A stretch of DNA of 45,847 nt from a virus (lineage: Duplodnaviria > Caudoviricetes). Each line of letters begins with the position of its first letter. The stretch's first letter is position 1. Of the stretch, positions 25,172 through 35,808 are shown one piece after another. The stretch spans positions 1-45,847 of the IMG/VR virus record IMGVR_UViG_3300016656_000172. One strand, written 5' to 3'. Made by a program: the position numbers and the translations under genes. Below the pieces are notes generated by a model. It worked only from the letters and a program-made list of their open reading frames with translations, did no database searches and was not told the origin of the DNA.

Positions 25172-25879
25172 ATGCTGAAATTCCAACTGGATACCCTGGA
25201 AGGGGTAGATGAAGCCGTGCGCGCTCTTTACACCGAGAAGGACGGCAAGTTCGTACTCGGCATTGAAGGTCTGCCGCAGCAAGAAGATGTATCCGGCCTG
25301 AAGGCCAAGGTTGATGAATTGCTTGGCGAGAAAAAAGCCGCCGAGAAGAAGGCGCGCGAAGCCGAAGAGGCTGCGCGTCTGGAGCGGGAAGAACTCGCTC
25401 GCAAGTCCGGCAACGTCGAAGAGCTCGAGCGTTCGTGGACAGAGAAATTCACTCGCCGAGAAGCTGAGCTAACCGGCACGTTGGAACAGGAGCGGGCAAC
25501 GTTGAGCGGGCAGATCCGGGATCTGACTGTAGGGCGTACCGCTACTGACATCGCCTCTGCACTTGCAGTGCAAGGCAGCGCAAAAGCCCTGTTGCCGCAC
25601 ATCGAACGCCGTCTGAGCGTCGAGCAGCGCGATGGGAAGCCTGTTGTGGTCGTCCTCGACGCACAGGGCAAGCTCTCGGCGGCAACGCTGGACGAGCTGA
25701 AAGCAGAAATCGCGAATGACGCGGCGTTCGCGCCGCTGATCGCGGGCAGTAAAGCATCTGGCGGCGGGGCCGGCGGTGCAGGTGGTGGGGGCGGGGCCCC
25801 GAAAGGAAAAATCGGCGGTACCAAAGAGGAACGCACGGCTGCGATCGCAAGCCGGTTCCCAGATCTCCCTCAATCGTAA
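25172..25879 (+). CDS. Capsid scaffolding protein
   Basis: Coiled coil, Gly-rich linker near the C-terminus, directly before the capsid gene. Confidence 0.85.
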   Translation: MLKFQLDTLEGVDEAVRALYTEKDGKFVLGIEGLPQQEDVSGLKAKVDELLGEKKAAEKKAREAEEAARLEREELARKSGNVEELERSWTEKFTRREAELTGTLEQERATLSGQIRDLTVGRTATDIASALAVQGSAKALLPHIERRLSVEQRDGKPVVVVLDAQGKLSAATLDELKAEIANDAAFAPLIAGSKASGGGAGGAGGGGGAPKGKIGGTKEERTAAIASRFPDLPQS

Positions 25880-25890
25880 GGAAATAACTC

Positions 25891-26859
25891 ATGTCCCTGT
25901 CGCAAATGCAGGTCTTCAACCAGTACATCATGCCTGCGACTCTCGAGACGCTGGATCAGTACCTGGCCGCTTTCAACGCTGCGAGTCGCGGCGCTATCGT
26001 GCTGTCCCCGGACGGCTTCACTGGCGACTTCCTCCAAGAGTCGTTTTTCCAGACCCTGGCTGCTGCTCAGCGCCGCGTGGACCGCTACAGCGCCAACGCC
26101 GCCGTTGCTGCAACCGACCTGACCGAACTGAAAAACACTTCGGTGAAGGTCGCCGGCGGCTTCGGCCCGATCCGCTATGAACCATCGCAGATGACCTGGC
26201 TGGAGCGCCCAACTGCGCAAGGCATCGAAGTCGCCAGCCGTGCGTTCGCTGAAATCCTGCTGAAGGACCAGTTGAACACTGCGATCGCGGCACTGGTTGC
26301 AGCAATCACCGCTCAAGCGGCAGCAGTCAACGATGTGTCGGCTACCGCAGGTATCAGCTACGCCGGCCTGAACAACGCGCATGCGAAGTTCGGCGACGCA
26401 AGCCAGAACTTGGTCACCCAAGTGATGCAGGGCACCAGCTACCATAAGTTGGTCGGCCAGAACCTGGCGAACCAGCAGCAGCTGTTCCAGGCAGGCAACG
26501 TTCGCGTGGTGGACATCCTCGGCAAGATCTCCGTTGTGACGGATGCCCCTGCGCTGATGCAGGCCGGCACCCCGAACAAGGAAATCATCCTCTCCCTGGT
26601 GCAAGGCGCTGCGCTGGTCCACGACGGCCGCGACATCATCAGCAATGTCCAGACCACCAACGGCAAAGAGCGCATCGAAACCACACTCCAAACCGATTAC
26701 ACCTTCGGCTTGGGCCTGAAGGGCTACACCTGGGATACCACCACCGGCGGCAAGTCGCCGACCGACGCCGAGCTGGCGACCGGTACCAACTGGGACAAGA
26801 CCGCTACCAGCATCAAGCACACCGCCGGTGTGGCTCTGATCGGTGACGCCTCCAAGTAA
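25891..26859 (+). CDS. Major capsid protein
   Basis: Position, size, strong codon bias; GLKGYTWD...SPTDAELAT..NW...K.TAGV. Confidence 0.9.
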   Translation: MSLSQMQVFNQYIMPATLETLDQYLAAFNAASRGAIVLSPDGFTGDFLQESFFQTLAAAQRRVDRYSANAAVAATDLTELKNTSVKVAGGFGPIRYEPSQMTWLERPTAQGIEVASRAFAEILLKDQLNTAIAALVAAITAQAAAVNDVSATAGISYAGLNNAHAKFGDASQNLVTQVMQGTSYHKLVGQNLANQQQLFQAGNVRVVDILGKISVVTDAPALMQAGTPNKEIILSLVQGAALVHDGRDIISNVQTTNGKERIETTLQTDYTFGLGLKGYTWDTTTGGKSPTDAELATGTNWDKTATSIKHTAGVALIGDASK

Positions 26860-26910
26860 CCCCGTGATGTCCAGGCCGGGACGTGTGCCCGGCTTGGCGG
26901 AGATGCAATC

Positions 26911-27486
26911 ATGAGCAATAAAATCTGGTATCTGCCCGGACCGTTTCACCAGTACCGGGAAGACGTGAAGGCGCTGGCGAAGGAACACGGCCTGCGCATC
27001 ATCGACGCGAGCATCACCGAAAATCGCGATGGTGAGGCCGATGATGTGCCGGAGGTGACGGTGCGGCAGGTCGAGCCGTCGCCGGTGTTGCTGATCGCCG
27101 ATAGTGGTGATCACGCTGCGCTGCAGGAGCTGATCGACAAGTTGAATGCGGAGCGTGACGGCATCGTGTTGTTAATCGACGCCGCTGAAGGTCTGTCCGA
27201 TCTGGAACACCCTGGCGCCGGCGAACTGCCAATCCGCCTGTTCGGTGCGCTGAGAGCCATTCATGAGGGGTTCGAAACCCTTACGGGTGAGCGCGACAAT
27301 TTGGCTGGCAAGGTTGAATCTCTCCGCGCTGAAGTCGAACGCCTGAAGGCGGCAGCGGAACCGGTCGACAATGCCGAGAAGATCGCCGGCCTCAAAGCGC
27401 AACTCGACGCCTCCAATGTGCCGTACCGGGCGAATGCTTCGGTTGAGTCGCTGGAAAAGGCGGTCGCTGAGCTTCCGAAGGCATAA
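26911..27486 (+). CDS. Head-associated hypothetical protein
   Basis: Follows the capsid gene; C-terminal LKAQLDASNVPYRANAS...L helical motif. Confidence 0.75.
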   Translation: MSNKIWYLPGPFHQYREDVKALAKEHGLRIIDASITENRDGEADDVPEVTVRQVEPSPVLLIADSGDHAALQELIDKLNAERDGIVLLIDAAEGLSDLEHPGAGELPIRLFGALRAIHEGFETLTGERDNLAGKVESLRAEVERLKAAAEPVDNAEKIAGLKAQLDASNVPYRANASVESLEKAVAELPKA

Positions 27487-27541
27487 TAATCCGGGTGCCC
27501 ATTCACTGGCGCCCGATTCAAACAACACAGCGAGCTGATTC

Positions 27542-28045
27542 ATGACTCTCATCATCGAGGACGGTACCGGCAAGCCTGACGCCGAAAGCTACGCATCTGC
27601 CGAGGACTTGGCCATGTACGCCGTGAAGTTCGGCGTGGTCATCCCGGCGGAAGTGCCAGCACAGGAAGCGCTGCTGCGTCGCGCCGCACTGGCGATGGAT
27701 GGCATGACGTGGAAAGGGCGAAAGTCCAACAGCGAGCAGGCTCTGGCCTGGCCGCGCCGCGGTGTCGAGTTAGATTACGAGATCAAGCCCGACAACTACC
27801 TGCCAGCGCGAATCCAGTACGGTCAGATGGCTTTGGCCGCAGAGATCCACACTGACGACGTCGACCCGATCGAGAAGCGCAAAGGCGCGGTAACGCTGGA
27901 GCGTGTTGAAGGCGCTGTCACACGCGAGTACGCGGCGATCCCGAACACCAGCGGCCGACTTTTGCCAGCGGCGCCGGACCGGCCAAGCGCTACGCAGTTT
28001 GCTGACTACCTACAGAAGCGCGGTCTGTTCGCCGTGCGCGCATAG
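27542..28045 (+). CDS. Head-tail adaptor (often annotated DnaT-like)
   Basis: LIIEDGTG...AESY; WKG......QALAWPR. Confidence 0.85.
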   Translation: MTLIIEDGTGKPDAESYASAEDLAMYAVKFGVVIPAEVPAQEALLRRAALAMDGMTWKGRKSNSEQALAWPRRGVELDYEIKPDNYLPARIQYGQMALAAEIHTDDVDPIEKRKGAVTLERVEGAVTREYAAIPNTSGRLLPAAPDRPSATQFADYLQKRGLFAVRA

Positions 28046-28061
28046 CTGAAACGGAGCCACC

Positions 28062-28430
28062 ATGGCCTTCTATGACGAAATGGCCTTGATGGCTCTGGAG
28101 ATGATCACAGAGTTCGGCCAGCCCGTGACCATCAGCAAGACGGAGCCGGGCGAGTACGATCCGGATATCGGCGGCGAAGCCCCTGGCGTGCCCGTAGAGC
28201 AAACCGCCCAGGGTATCCTGCTTGACTTCACCGGCCAGGAATACCAGAACAACAGCCTCATCAAGCAGGGCGACAAGAAGCTGAAGATCGCCGCGCAAGG
28301 TTTGGCCTGGGTGCCGGGCCTGCTCGACAACGTGGTCGCCCAAGGCCGTACATGGGCAATTGTCCCGCCGCTGAAAGAGGTCAACCCCGCCGGGACGCCG
28401 ATCCTATATGAGCTGCAGGTGCGGTCATGA
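28062..28430 (+). CDS. Head closure protein
   Basis: Synteny; GEYDP and IKQGD motifs. Confidence 0.75.
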   Translation: MAFYDEMALMALEMITEFGQPVTISKTEPGEYDPDIGGEAPGVPVEQTAQGILLDFTGQEYQNNSLIKQGDKKLKIAAQGLAWVPGLLDNVVAQGRTWAIVPPLKEVNPAGTPILYELQVRS

Positions 28431-29023
28431 GTAGGGCGGGTACCGGGCAATCTGGCAGCTTCGCGCTGAGTCTTGCCGAGTTTGCTGCCCAGGCCAGCGA
28501 AGCCATTGACGCGAGCGTGCGCGAGATCATCATCGAGGTCGGCAGTAGCCTGATCCGCATGTCTCCCGTGGGCAACCCGGAGATATGGGCGCAGAACGCT
28601 GTCGCGGCCCAGTACAACAAGGCCGTTGACGACCACAACTCCGCGCTGCGCAGCGACCCGGCCAACTTGACCAAAGGCGGCAGGCTCAAGAAAGGTCGCA
28701 AGCTCAACGACGGCATGGACATCGTCGCACCGGAGGGCTATGTGGGCGGCCGGTTCCGGGCGAACTGGCACCTATCCATCGGCGTGGTCGAGAATGTCAC
28801 CTTCGACGAGGTGGATCCGAGCGGCGCCGAGACCATCGCGGCCTTGGTCGCCGCCATCAGCGACTTCACCGCCGGCCAGATGGTCTACCTAATCAACAAC
28901 TTGCCCTACGCGATCCCGCTAGAGTTCGGCCATTCCAAACAGGCCCCCAGCGGGATGGTCCGGGTAACCGTGGCTCGCTTCCAGCAGATCGTGCAGGAGG
29001 CCATCAGGAACAATCAGGTATGA
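28427..29023 (+). CDS. HK97 gp10-like neck protein
   Basis: GRFRANW; NNLPYA.PLEFGHS.QAP.GMVR. Confidence 0.85.
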   Translation: MSRAGTGQSGSFALSLAEFAAQASEAIDASVREIIIEVGSSLIRMSPVGNPEIWAQNAVAAQYNKAVDDHNSALRSDPANLTKGGRLKKGRKLNDGMDIVAPEGYVGGRFRANWHLSIGVVENVTFDEVDPSGAETIAALVAAISDFTAGQMVYLINNLPYAIPLEFGHSKQAPSGMVRVTVARFQQIVQEAIRNNQV

Positions 29024-29436
29024 GTCACGCGATCATCGCCTCGATCTACGAGGCAAAGCTCATCACTTGGAACAATGCCAGGCCGCAGAAGCTGAAGATC
29101 GTCTTCGAGAACACGGCCTACACGCCGGCAGCGGATGAAATCTATGTGCGAGCGTTCACGATCCCGGGTGATACCGCGAGCAACACGCTCGGCGGCGATC
29201 ACCGGCTGTTCACCGGCGTGTTTCAGGTGAGCGTTATTGCGCCGGCCGGTACCGGGAAAACAAAGACGAACCCGATCGTCGAGGAGCTGACGAACCTGTT
29301 CCCCCTGTACGCTCGGGACACGAAAGGGGCTGTGACTGTGGTGACTATGTCGCCAGTTGACCAGGGCCCAGGCATCACTGGCGACTCCGCGTACACCGTC
29401 CCGGTCTCGTTCACCTATCGAGCCGACACCAACTAA
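29020..29436 (+). CDS. Tail terminator-like protein
   Basis: FEN, GVFQVSV..PAG.G; precedes the tail tube gene. Confidence 0.8.
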   Translation: MSHAIIASIYEAKLITWNNARPQKLKIVFENTAYTPAADEIYVRAFTIPGDTASNTLGGDHRLFTGVFQVSVIAPAGTGKTKTNPIVEELTNLFPLYARDTKGAVTVVTMSPVDQGPGITGDSAYTVPVSFTYRADTN

Positions 29437-29458
29437 TTCGCCCATTGGGCAAACCCAG

Positions 29459-29482
29459 AACCCGCCATCGAGCGGGTTTTTT
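29459..29482 (+). terminator. Intrinsic terminator
   Basis: AACCCGC-CATCGA-GCGGGTT-TTTT. Confidence 0.8.
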
Positions 29483-29506
29483 CATATCTGCAAAGAGGAA
29501 ATACCC

Positions 29507-30163
29507 ATGGGCTACAAGATCCCGAACGGCGGCACTTTCCAGCATGCTGCAACCTATGCTACTGCACTGGCGTTCGCCTCCATTACCAACGCCACTGAAG
29601 CTGTGGCCACCGTTGTGGGCGGCACGCTGAGCGCCGGCGATATCGTGTTGCTGACTTCGGGCTGGAGCAAGCTGGACAGTAAGGTGGTTCGAGTGAAGGC
29701 AGCGACCGCCACGGCAATCACGCTGGAAGGCATCGACACCACTGACACGCAGATCTTTCCGGCCGGCGGCGGCGCGGGCACCATGCGCAAGGTTCTGACC
29801 TGGGTGCAAATTCCGCAAATCTCCGACGTCGCCTTCTCCGGCGGTGAACAGAACTACCTCGACGTGGTTTTCCTCGAGGATGACCAGGGCAAGCAAATTC
29901 CGACCGACAAATCGGCGGCCAGCATGGTGCTGACCCTGGCGGATGACCCGGCGCAGGACTTCAACAAGGTGCTGATGAAGGCTGATGCCGGCAAACAGGT
30001 CGAAGCTGCGCGCCTGAACCTGCCGGGCAATGACACGCTTCTCTACGGCGCTTACACGTCGTTCTCCAAGCAGCCGGCAGTTTCCCGCAACAACCTGCTG
30101 ACCCGCACCGTGAACCTCGCGCTGCAAGCAGAGCCGACCCGTTACCTGACTGCGGTGGTGTAA
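29507..30163 (+). CDS. Major tail (tube) protein
   Basis: PNG, SGW.KL, W.QIPQI....SGGEQ motifs; GAGG SD. Confidence 0.88.
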   Translation: MGYKIPNGGTFQHAATYATALAFASITNATEAVATVVGGTLSAGDIVLLTSGWSKLDSKVVRVKAATATAITLEGIDTTDTQIFPAGGGAGTMRKVLTWVQIPQISDVAFSGGEQNYLDVVFLEDDQGKQIPTDKSAASMVLTLADDPAQDFNKVLMKADAGKQVEAARLNLPGNDTLLYGAYTSFSKQPAVSRNNLLTRTVNLALQAEPTRYLTAVV

Positions 30164-30166
30164 CCC

Positions 30167-30547
30167 ATGGCAAAAATCCGCATTGCCCAGAACCCGACGT
30201 TCAAGGCCATGGTGCTGATCCCAATCGTTGCCAGCGAACCTGAAAAGATCGAGTTCACGTTCAAGTATCGCGACCGGCTGGAGCTGGCCGCGCTTTTCGA
30301 TGAGTGGAACCAGAATCGCAAGGAGGCCATGGCTGCGCTCGGAGATCAACCATCGCTCTCTGAAGTGGTCGCTGCAGACGCACTCCAGCAGGTTCAGCAG
30401 ATCAAGGATCTGGTAGCTGGCTGGGCCTTCGACGACAAGTTCGATGAGAAGAGCATCACCGCACTGGTGAGGTCGTGCCAAGGCTCAACCGAAGCAGTGG
30501 TTGAGGCCTATCAAAGCGCCTACAACCAGGCCCGCCTGGGAAACTGA
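30167..30547 (+). CDS. Tail assembly chaperone (G-like)
   Basis: Between tube and tape measure genes; ends in RLGN at a slippery site. Confidence 0.88.
   Translation: MAKIRIAQNPTFKAMVLIPIVASEPEKIEFTFKYRDRLELAALFDEWNQNRKEAMAALGDQPSLSEVVAADALQQVQQIKDLVAGWAFDDKFDEKSITALVRSCQGSTEAVVEAYQSAYNQARLGN
30538..30544 (+). other. Programmed -1 frameshift site G GGA AAC
   Basis: X XXY YYZ heptamer just before the TGA; the -1 frame is open through to 30867. Confidence 0.85.
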
Positions 30548-30867
30548 CCGACGCCGCGCGCGCCCTATATGCGCCCGCGGCACCGGTTGAGTTGATGAGC
30601 ATGTTCGGCCTCGCACCGGGCGATCTGGAAGAGGAAACAGAGGTCTGGCCATGCAACTGGCCGGCCTTCCTATTGTTCAACCGAATGTCCACGCAGTGGC
30701 GGGTCGGCGCCGGGGGCGCCATCGGCCTCGATTACAACTGCATTCGAGACGTCGCCGGCTTCCTCGGCATCAAGAGAAAGAAACTCGCTGAAATCTTTCC
30801 TGACCTGCAGGTGCTGGAAGGCGAAGCCCTGCGCGTCATGGCGGAGGAAAGGGAAAACAGCTCGTAA
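30544..30867 (+). CDS. Tail chaperone frameshift extension (T-like, DUF1799-like)
   Basis: VWP.NWPA..LF..MSTQWR.G..G..GLDY; -1 frame relative to G. Confidence 0.82.
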   Translation: MTDAARALYAPAAPVELMSMFGLAPGDLEEETEVWPCNWPAFLLFNRMSTQWRVGAGGAIGLDYNCIRDVAGFLGIKRKKLAEIFPDLQVLEGEALRVMAEERENSS

Positions 30868-30894
30868 TCACGGGCACTTATTCAAGGTGAGTCG

Positions 30895-33800
30895 ATGAAC
30901 ATTGCAGAACTCGGCGTCAAGATCGACTCGGCCGATGCAATCGAGGCCAAAACGAGCCTTGATGAAATGGCGAAGGCCGGCGGCCGGGCCGAGCAGTCTG
31001 CCGTTTCGCTGATGAACGAAATGCAGGCGCTGGAGAAGTCGCTCTCTACCAGTGCCAAGACCACGCAGGACCTTGCCAAGCAGCGCGATGCGCTGGCGAA
31101 GCTGACCAAAACCGGCGCCTATGGCGAGGCTGAGGCCGCGAAGATCTCGGCGCAGCTCGACAAGCAACAGGTCGCACTGGCCAAGTCGGCCATGGATGAG
31201 CAGAAGGCGCTGAACAGTCTGATGGGCACCATTGACCCGGCCCGCGCCGCACTGGCGAAGCTGGATACCCAGGTCGAGCAACTGGGCAAGCATCTGGATG
31301 CCGGCCGGATCAGCCAGGACGAGTACAACACCGCCCTGAGCAAGATCGACAAGGATTACGACAAGCTCAACAAAACCACCACCGGTTTCGACAAGCTGCG
31401 CCTCGGTACACGCCAGGCACAGGAAAACGTCGTTCAGTTGGGGAATGCGCTGTCCTCGGGAGACTGGGGAAGTGGCGTACGTGCGGTTGCGCAATTGGGC
31501 GCCGGTGCAGGCGCGGGCGCAGCGGGACTGCTCGCCATTCTCGGCCCGCTCGCGCTTGCCACCGCCGCCGTAGGTGGTCTGGCGTATGCTTTCTACAAGG
31601 GAAGCGAGGAACAGGACAGCTACAACAAAGCGCTGATCCTGACCGGCAACTACGCCGGTGTGAGCGCCGGGCAATTGGGCGACATGGCCCGCCAGGTCAG
31701 CGCAACCGTTGGCACCACTGGCCAAGCCGCAGCCGTGCTCGCTCTGCTGGCCGACAACGGCAAGATCGCCGGCGAAAGCTTCACCGGAATCACCCAGGCT
31801 GCCGTGTCGATGCAGGAGGCGACTGGCAAGGCCGTAAGCGAGACCGTAGCCGAGTTCGCCAAGCTCGCCGACGACCCGGTCAAGGCGTCCGCTGCGCTGA
31901 ATGAGCAATACCACTACCTGACCGCGTCGGTTTACTCGCAGATCGCCGCGCTGGAAAAGCAGGGCGACCACGCCGGCGCTGTGAAACTGGCGACCGAGCA
32001 GTATGCCGACGCGATCAACGAGCGAACCCCGCGAATTCTGGAGAACCTGAGTTTCTGGGAGAAAGGTTACAACGCCGTTGCGCGAGCGGCGGACAACTTG
32101 AAGAACCTTGGCCGGCCGGATATCAACGCCGATATCGAGCAGGCTCGGCGCAATCTGGAATCGGCCCAGTCTGGCAATGTTGGTCTGTTCCAGAACAAGC
32201 AGGAGATGATTGATCTCTACCAGAATCGTCTCAACATGCTGGAGGATCGGAAGGCAGCGGAAGCCGACATCGCCAAATGGGAAGGGGAACAGGCAAAAGC
32301 CCAGGGCGAAGCTGTTACCGCCATGGGCAAGATCGATGCACTCACCAAGTCTGCGTGGACGAATGAACAGAAGCGTACCGAGGCGATCAAGGAGTACAAG
32401 CGGCAGCTCGAAGATATCCGCAAGGTCGCGCCCAACGACCCTCGCCTGAATCAGGCCGCGATCGACAAGAACCTGGCGAACATCAACGACCAATTCAAGG
32501 ATCCGAAGGCTGCCGGAACTCAGGTCGATTTGACCGGCTTCAACAATGCCAAGAACAACTTGGTAGCCATCAGCGAAGAGTACAAAAACGCCCAGAAGGA
32601 ACTGGACGCCGCGCAGAAGGCTGGGCTGGTCTCTCAAACCGACTATGCCCTGAAGCGCGAAGCGCTGATCGGCAACGAGCGCGACGAGGTGACTGCGGCC
32701 TACGAGGCGGAGATTGCCGCACTGGAAGCCGCGAAGGCGAAAAAAACCACTTCTGCTGCGCAAAGCATCCAACTCGACCAGAAGATCGCTGATGCGCGAG
32801 CCGGGATGGTCAAGGCGCAGAAAGAGGCGGACAGCCAGCTTGAGGTTCTGGCCACGAACGAGACCGGTCGCCTTGCTCGACAAGAGCGGTCGATCACGAC
32901 CTACGTCCAAGCCTTGGCCCAGCAACAGAGGGCTCTGGAATTGGCAGGACAGCGCGCCGTTCTCGGCGTCGGCCAGGGCGATCGTCAGAACGCTCTCAAC
33001 AACGAGTTGAACAGCCAGCAAGACCGGTTCGCACAGCAGGCGCTGGAACTCGCGAATCAGAAGTCCGATCCGTCGCGCAATATGTCGGAGGAGGAGTTCA
33101 GCCGTAAGTCGCAGGCGCTCGCCGACGCGAACAAGGCGGCCACCGACCAAATCCGCCAGAACTACGCGGATGTGGAGGCAGCGCAGGGTGATTGGACCAA
33201 AGGCGCGACATCGGCTTGGGCCAACTACCTAGACTCGGCGAGCAACATTGCCGGCCAGACGAAAACCCTGTTCGGCAACGCCTTCAGCTCGATGGAGGAC
33301 GCGGTCGTCAACTTCGCCATGACTGGGAAGCTATCGTTCGCCGACTTCACCAAGTCCATTCTGGCGGACATGGCGCGGATCGCGACCCGCCAGGCCAGTT
33401 CTGCGCTGCTGAGCAGCCTTGTCGGTGCTGCCACCAGTTACTTCACTGGCGGAGGCGGCGGTAACGGGCTGGCGGCTGGATCTGCTGGTGCAACGTCTTC
33501 GAATCTCGGCGCGTCCTCGGCTGGTTATTCCAGCAACTACTTCCCGCAGGCGCTCGGCGGTGCCTGGTCGTCGGGCGTGCAAATGTTCGCCAACGGCGGC
33601 GCCTTCACCAACAGCGTCGTCAGCACGCCGACCGCCTTCGGGATGGCCGGCGGCCGGGCGGGGGTCATGGGGGAGGCGGGGCCGGAGGCGATCATGCCGC
33701 TGACCCGGACTTCCAGCGGCAAGCTGGGTGTTCTTGCGGCCGGCGGTGGCTCCGGGACTGCGATCAGCATCAGCGCACCGGTGACGGTGGTGACCGAGGA

Positions 33801-33945
33801 TCGAAGCTCCGAAGGCATGCAGATTGACCAGCAGGCGCTGTCGAGAAACCTGCAATCGCAGATGCAGGCTGTGGCCGAAAAAGCCGTAGCCGACTCTTGG
33901 CGCGCTGGCGGTACCAGCTTCCGAAATGCAAATGGGAGGGCCTGA
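30895..33945 (+). CDS. Tail tape measure protein
   Basis: 1016 aa, Ala/Gln-rich helical; lambda H-like C-terminus; GEAGPEAIMPL. Confidence 0.95.
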   Translation: MNIAELGVKIDSADAIEAKTSLDEMAKAGGRAEQSAVSLMNEMQALEKSLSTSAKTTQDLAKQRDALAKLTKTGAYGEAEAAKISAQLDKQQVALAKSAMDEQKALNSLMGTIDPARAALAKLDTQVEQLGKHLDAGRISQDEYNTALSKIDKDYDKLNKTTTGFDKLRLGTRQAQENVVQLGNALSSGDWGSGVRAVAQLGAGAGAGAAGLLAILGPLALATAAVGGLAYAFYKGSEEQDSYNKALILTGNYAGVSAGQLGDMARQVSATVGTTGQAAAVLALLADNGKIAGESFTGITQAAVSMQEATGKAVSETVAEFAKLADDPVKASAALNEQYHYLTASVYSQIAALEKQGDHAGAVKLATEQYADAINERTPRILENLSFWEKGYNAVARAADNLKNLGRPDINADIEQARRNLESAQSGNVGLFQNKQEMIDLYQNRLNMLEDRKAAEADIAKWEGEQAKAQGEAVTAMGKIDALTKSAWTNEQKRTEAIKEYKRQLEDIRKVAPNDPRLNQAAIDKNLANINDQFKDPKAAGTQVDLTGFNNAKNNLVAISEEYKNAQKELDAAQKAGLVSQTDYALKREALIGNERDEVTAAYEAEIAALEAAKAKKTTSAAQSIQLDQKIADARAGMVKAQKEADSQLEVLATNETGRLARQERSITTYVQALAQQQRALELAGQRAVLGVGQGDRQNALNNELNSQQDRFAQQALELANQKSDPSRNMSEEEFSRKSQALADANKAATDQIRQNYADVEAAQGDWTKGATSAWANYLDSASNIAGQTKTLFGNAFSSMEDAVVNFAMTGKLSFADFTKSILADMARIATRQASSALLSSLVGAATSYFTGGGGGNGLAAGSAGATSSNLGASSAGYSSNYFPQALGGAWSSGVQMFANGGAFTNSVVSTPTAFGMAGGRAGVMGEAGPEAIMPLTRTSSGKLGVLAAGGGSGTAISISAPVTVVTEDRSSEGMQIDQQALSRNLQSQMQAVAEKAVADSWRAGGTSFRNANGRA

Positions 33946-34283
33946 TGGCCATCGAGAAATTCACCTGGCCAACCGAGCGCGGGGAAACACCCGATATCAA
34001 CTATCGGGTGCGCACCTCGAAATTCGGCAACGGCTACGCGCAGAACGTCGGCGACGGCCCGAACAACAAAGAGGACTCCTACCCGGTTACCTGCGTCGGC
34101 CAAAAGGCCACGGTGCTGGAGATCATGAAGTTCCTCGACCGGCACGCCGGCGCCAAGGCGTTTCTCTGGACAACACCGCTCGGCGAACTCGGGCTGTTCA
34201 CCTGTAAAAATCCCGCTCCCACACCAATGGGCGGCGGAGTCTTCAAACTCACCGCCACGTTCGAACGGGCATTCCAACCATAA
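33945..34283 (+). CDS. Minor tail protein M-like (distal tail)
   Basis: FG.GY.Q....G.N; FLDRH.GAKAFLWT.P. Confidence 0.9.
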   Translation: MAIEKFTWPTERGETPDINYRVRTSKFGNGYAQNVGDGPNNKEDSYPVTCVGQKATVLEIMKFLDRHAGAKAFLWTTPLGELGLFTCKNPAPTPMGGGVFKLTATFERAFQP

Positions 34284-34292
34284 GGGGCAATC

Positions 34293-35042
34293 ATGCCGCT
34301 GATCAGTGACATCCAGGTCCTTGAACCTGGCAGCGAAGTGCTGCTCTTTGAATTGGACGGCACGGACTATGGCGCGGATGTGCTGCGTTTCCACGGGCAC
34401 GCGATACCGCATACACCGGCTGAGCTGATCGCCGCCGGCGACAATGCCGACCAACTGCCGGCGCAGGCCATCTACTGGCAGGGCAACGAGTACAGCGCTT
34501 GGCCGATGCAGATCGATGGCATTGAGGCGAACGGCGACGGCACGGCAGTTCGGCCCACTCTCTCGGTGGGTAACGTCAATGGGCGCATCACAGCGCTGTG
34601 CCTAGCGTTCGAGGATCTGCTCGAGTTCAAGCTGACCATGCGTCACACGCTCGGCACCTACCTCGACGCGGCGAACTTCCCGGCTGGCAATCCAACGGCA
34701 GACCCAACCCAAGAGACGATCGAGGTCTGGTACATCGACCAGAAGACGAACGAGGACGGGGAAAACGTTAGTTGGGAGCTGGCCAGCCCGGGCGACGTTG
34801 GCAGCGAGTCGATCGGCCGGCAGGCCACGACGCTGTGCCACTGGTGCCTCACCGGTGGCTATCGCGGGCCGAACTGTGGCTACACCGGGCCGTACGTGAC
34901 CAAGGATGGCGTCGTCACCGACAACCCGGAACTGGACGAGTGTGATGCCACCCTGAGCAAGGGCTGCGTCCCGCGCTTCGGCGAGGGAAACCCGCTGCCT
35001 TTCGGTGGCTTCCCGGCCGTATCCCTGATCGCACGGAGCTGA
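34293..35042 (+). CDS. Minor tail protein L-like
   Basis: WQG.EY..WP; Cys cluster C.W..YRG..C.Y...C......C..RF; FGGFP. Confidence 0.92.
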   Translation: MPLISDIQVLEPGSEVLLFELDGTDYGADVLRFHGHAIPHTPAELIAAGDNADQLPAQAIYWQGNEYSAWPMQIDGIEANGDGTAVRPTLSVGNVNGRITALCLAFEDLLEFKLTMRHTLGTYLDAANFPAGNPTADPTQETIEVWYIDQKTNEDGENVSWELASPGDVGSESIGRQATTLCHWCLTGGYRGPNCGYTGPYVTKDGVVTDNPELDECDATLSKGCVPRFGEGNPLPFGGFPAVSLIARS

Positions 35043-35043
35043 T

Positions 35044-35808
35044 ATGCGTAAACACATTTTGAACGCGATCCAAGCTCACGCAGCGGCCGAGTACCCCAAA
35101 GAGTGCTGCGGCCTGCTGCTGGCCGTGGGTCGCAAACAACAGTACTTCCCGTGCCGCAACGTCTCCACCGAGCCGAACGAGGAATTCCGGATCGACCCGG
35201 AGGAATACGCGGCAGCGGAGGACATCGGCGAAGTGATCGGCGTGGTGCATTCGCATCCGGACGCCACCAGCAGGCCTTCGCCGCGCGACATGGCAATGTG
35301 TGAAGCGACGGCTTTGCCCTGGCACATCCTGAGCTGGCCCGAGGGCGATCTGCGAACCATCACACCGGCCGGCGAGGTGCCGCTGCTGAAGCGGCCTTTC
35401 GTCCATGGCGCCTGGGACTGCTGGCAGGTCTGCGCAGACTGGTACAAGCGCGAATGGGGGTTGGAGTTCGAAGCCTTCAAGCGCGCCGACGGCTGGTGGG
35501 AGAGCAAGGACAACACCAGCCTTTACGAAGCGAACTACGAGGCAGCCGGCTTCTATCGGGTCGACCAGCCGCAGCGCGGCGACATGATCGTGATGGAAGT
35601 GGGGCGCACGGTTTACCCGAACCATGCCGGGATTTTTCTCGGCGCCGATCCGGCGCTGCCAGGTGAGGATGCAGCAACGTTCGGCCCCGGGCCGTTCCTG
35701 CTGCACCACCTGTACGGAAGACCGTCTGGAGTCATCGTTTTCGGTGGCCCGTGGTTAGACCGAACACGCCTGATTCTCAGGCACAAAAATGCACAACCAA
35801 CCAAATAA
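35044..35808 (+). CDS. Tail assembly protein K-like (JAB + NlpC/P60)
   Basis: E.CG, HSHP..S..D (JAB); F.HG.WDC and NHAG (C40). Confidence 0.93.
   Translation: MRKHILNAIQAHAAAEYPKECCGLLLAVGRKQQYFPCRNVSTEPNEEFRIDPEEYAAAEDIGEVIGVVHSHPDATSRPSPRDMAMCEATALPWHILSWPEGDLRTITPAGEVPLLKRPFVHGAWDCWQVCADWYKREWGLEFEAFKRADGWWESKDNTSLYEANYEAAGFYRVDQPQRGDMIVMEVGRTVYPNHAGIFLGADPALPGEDAATFGPGPFLLHHLYGRPSGVIVFGGPWLDRTRLILRHKNAQPTK

Noticed and set aside
30868-33150. 760-aa ORF antisense to the tape measure gene (also 25870-27114, 38322-39533, 39663-41333, 20942-21805)
   Set aside because: Shadow ORFs expected from GC-rich codon bias on the coding strand; no SD or recognisable motifs.
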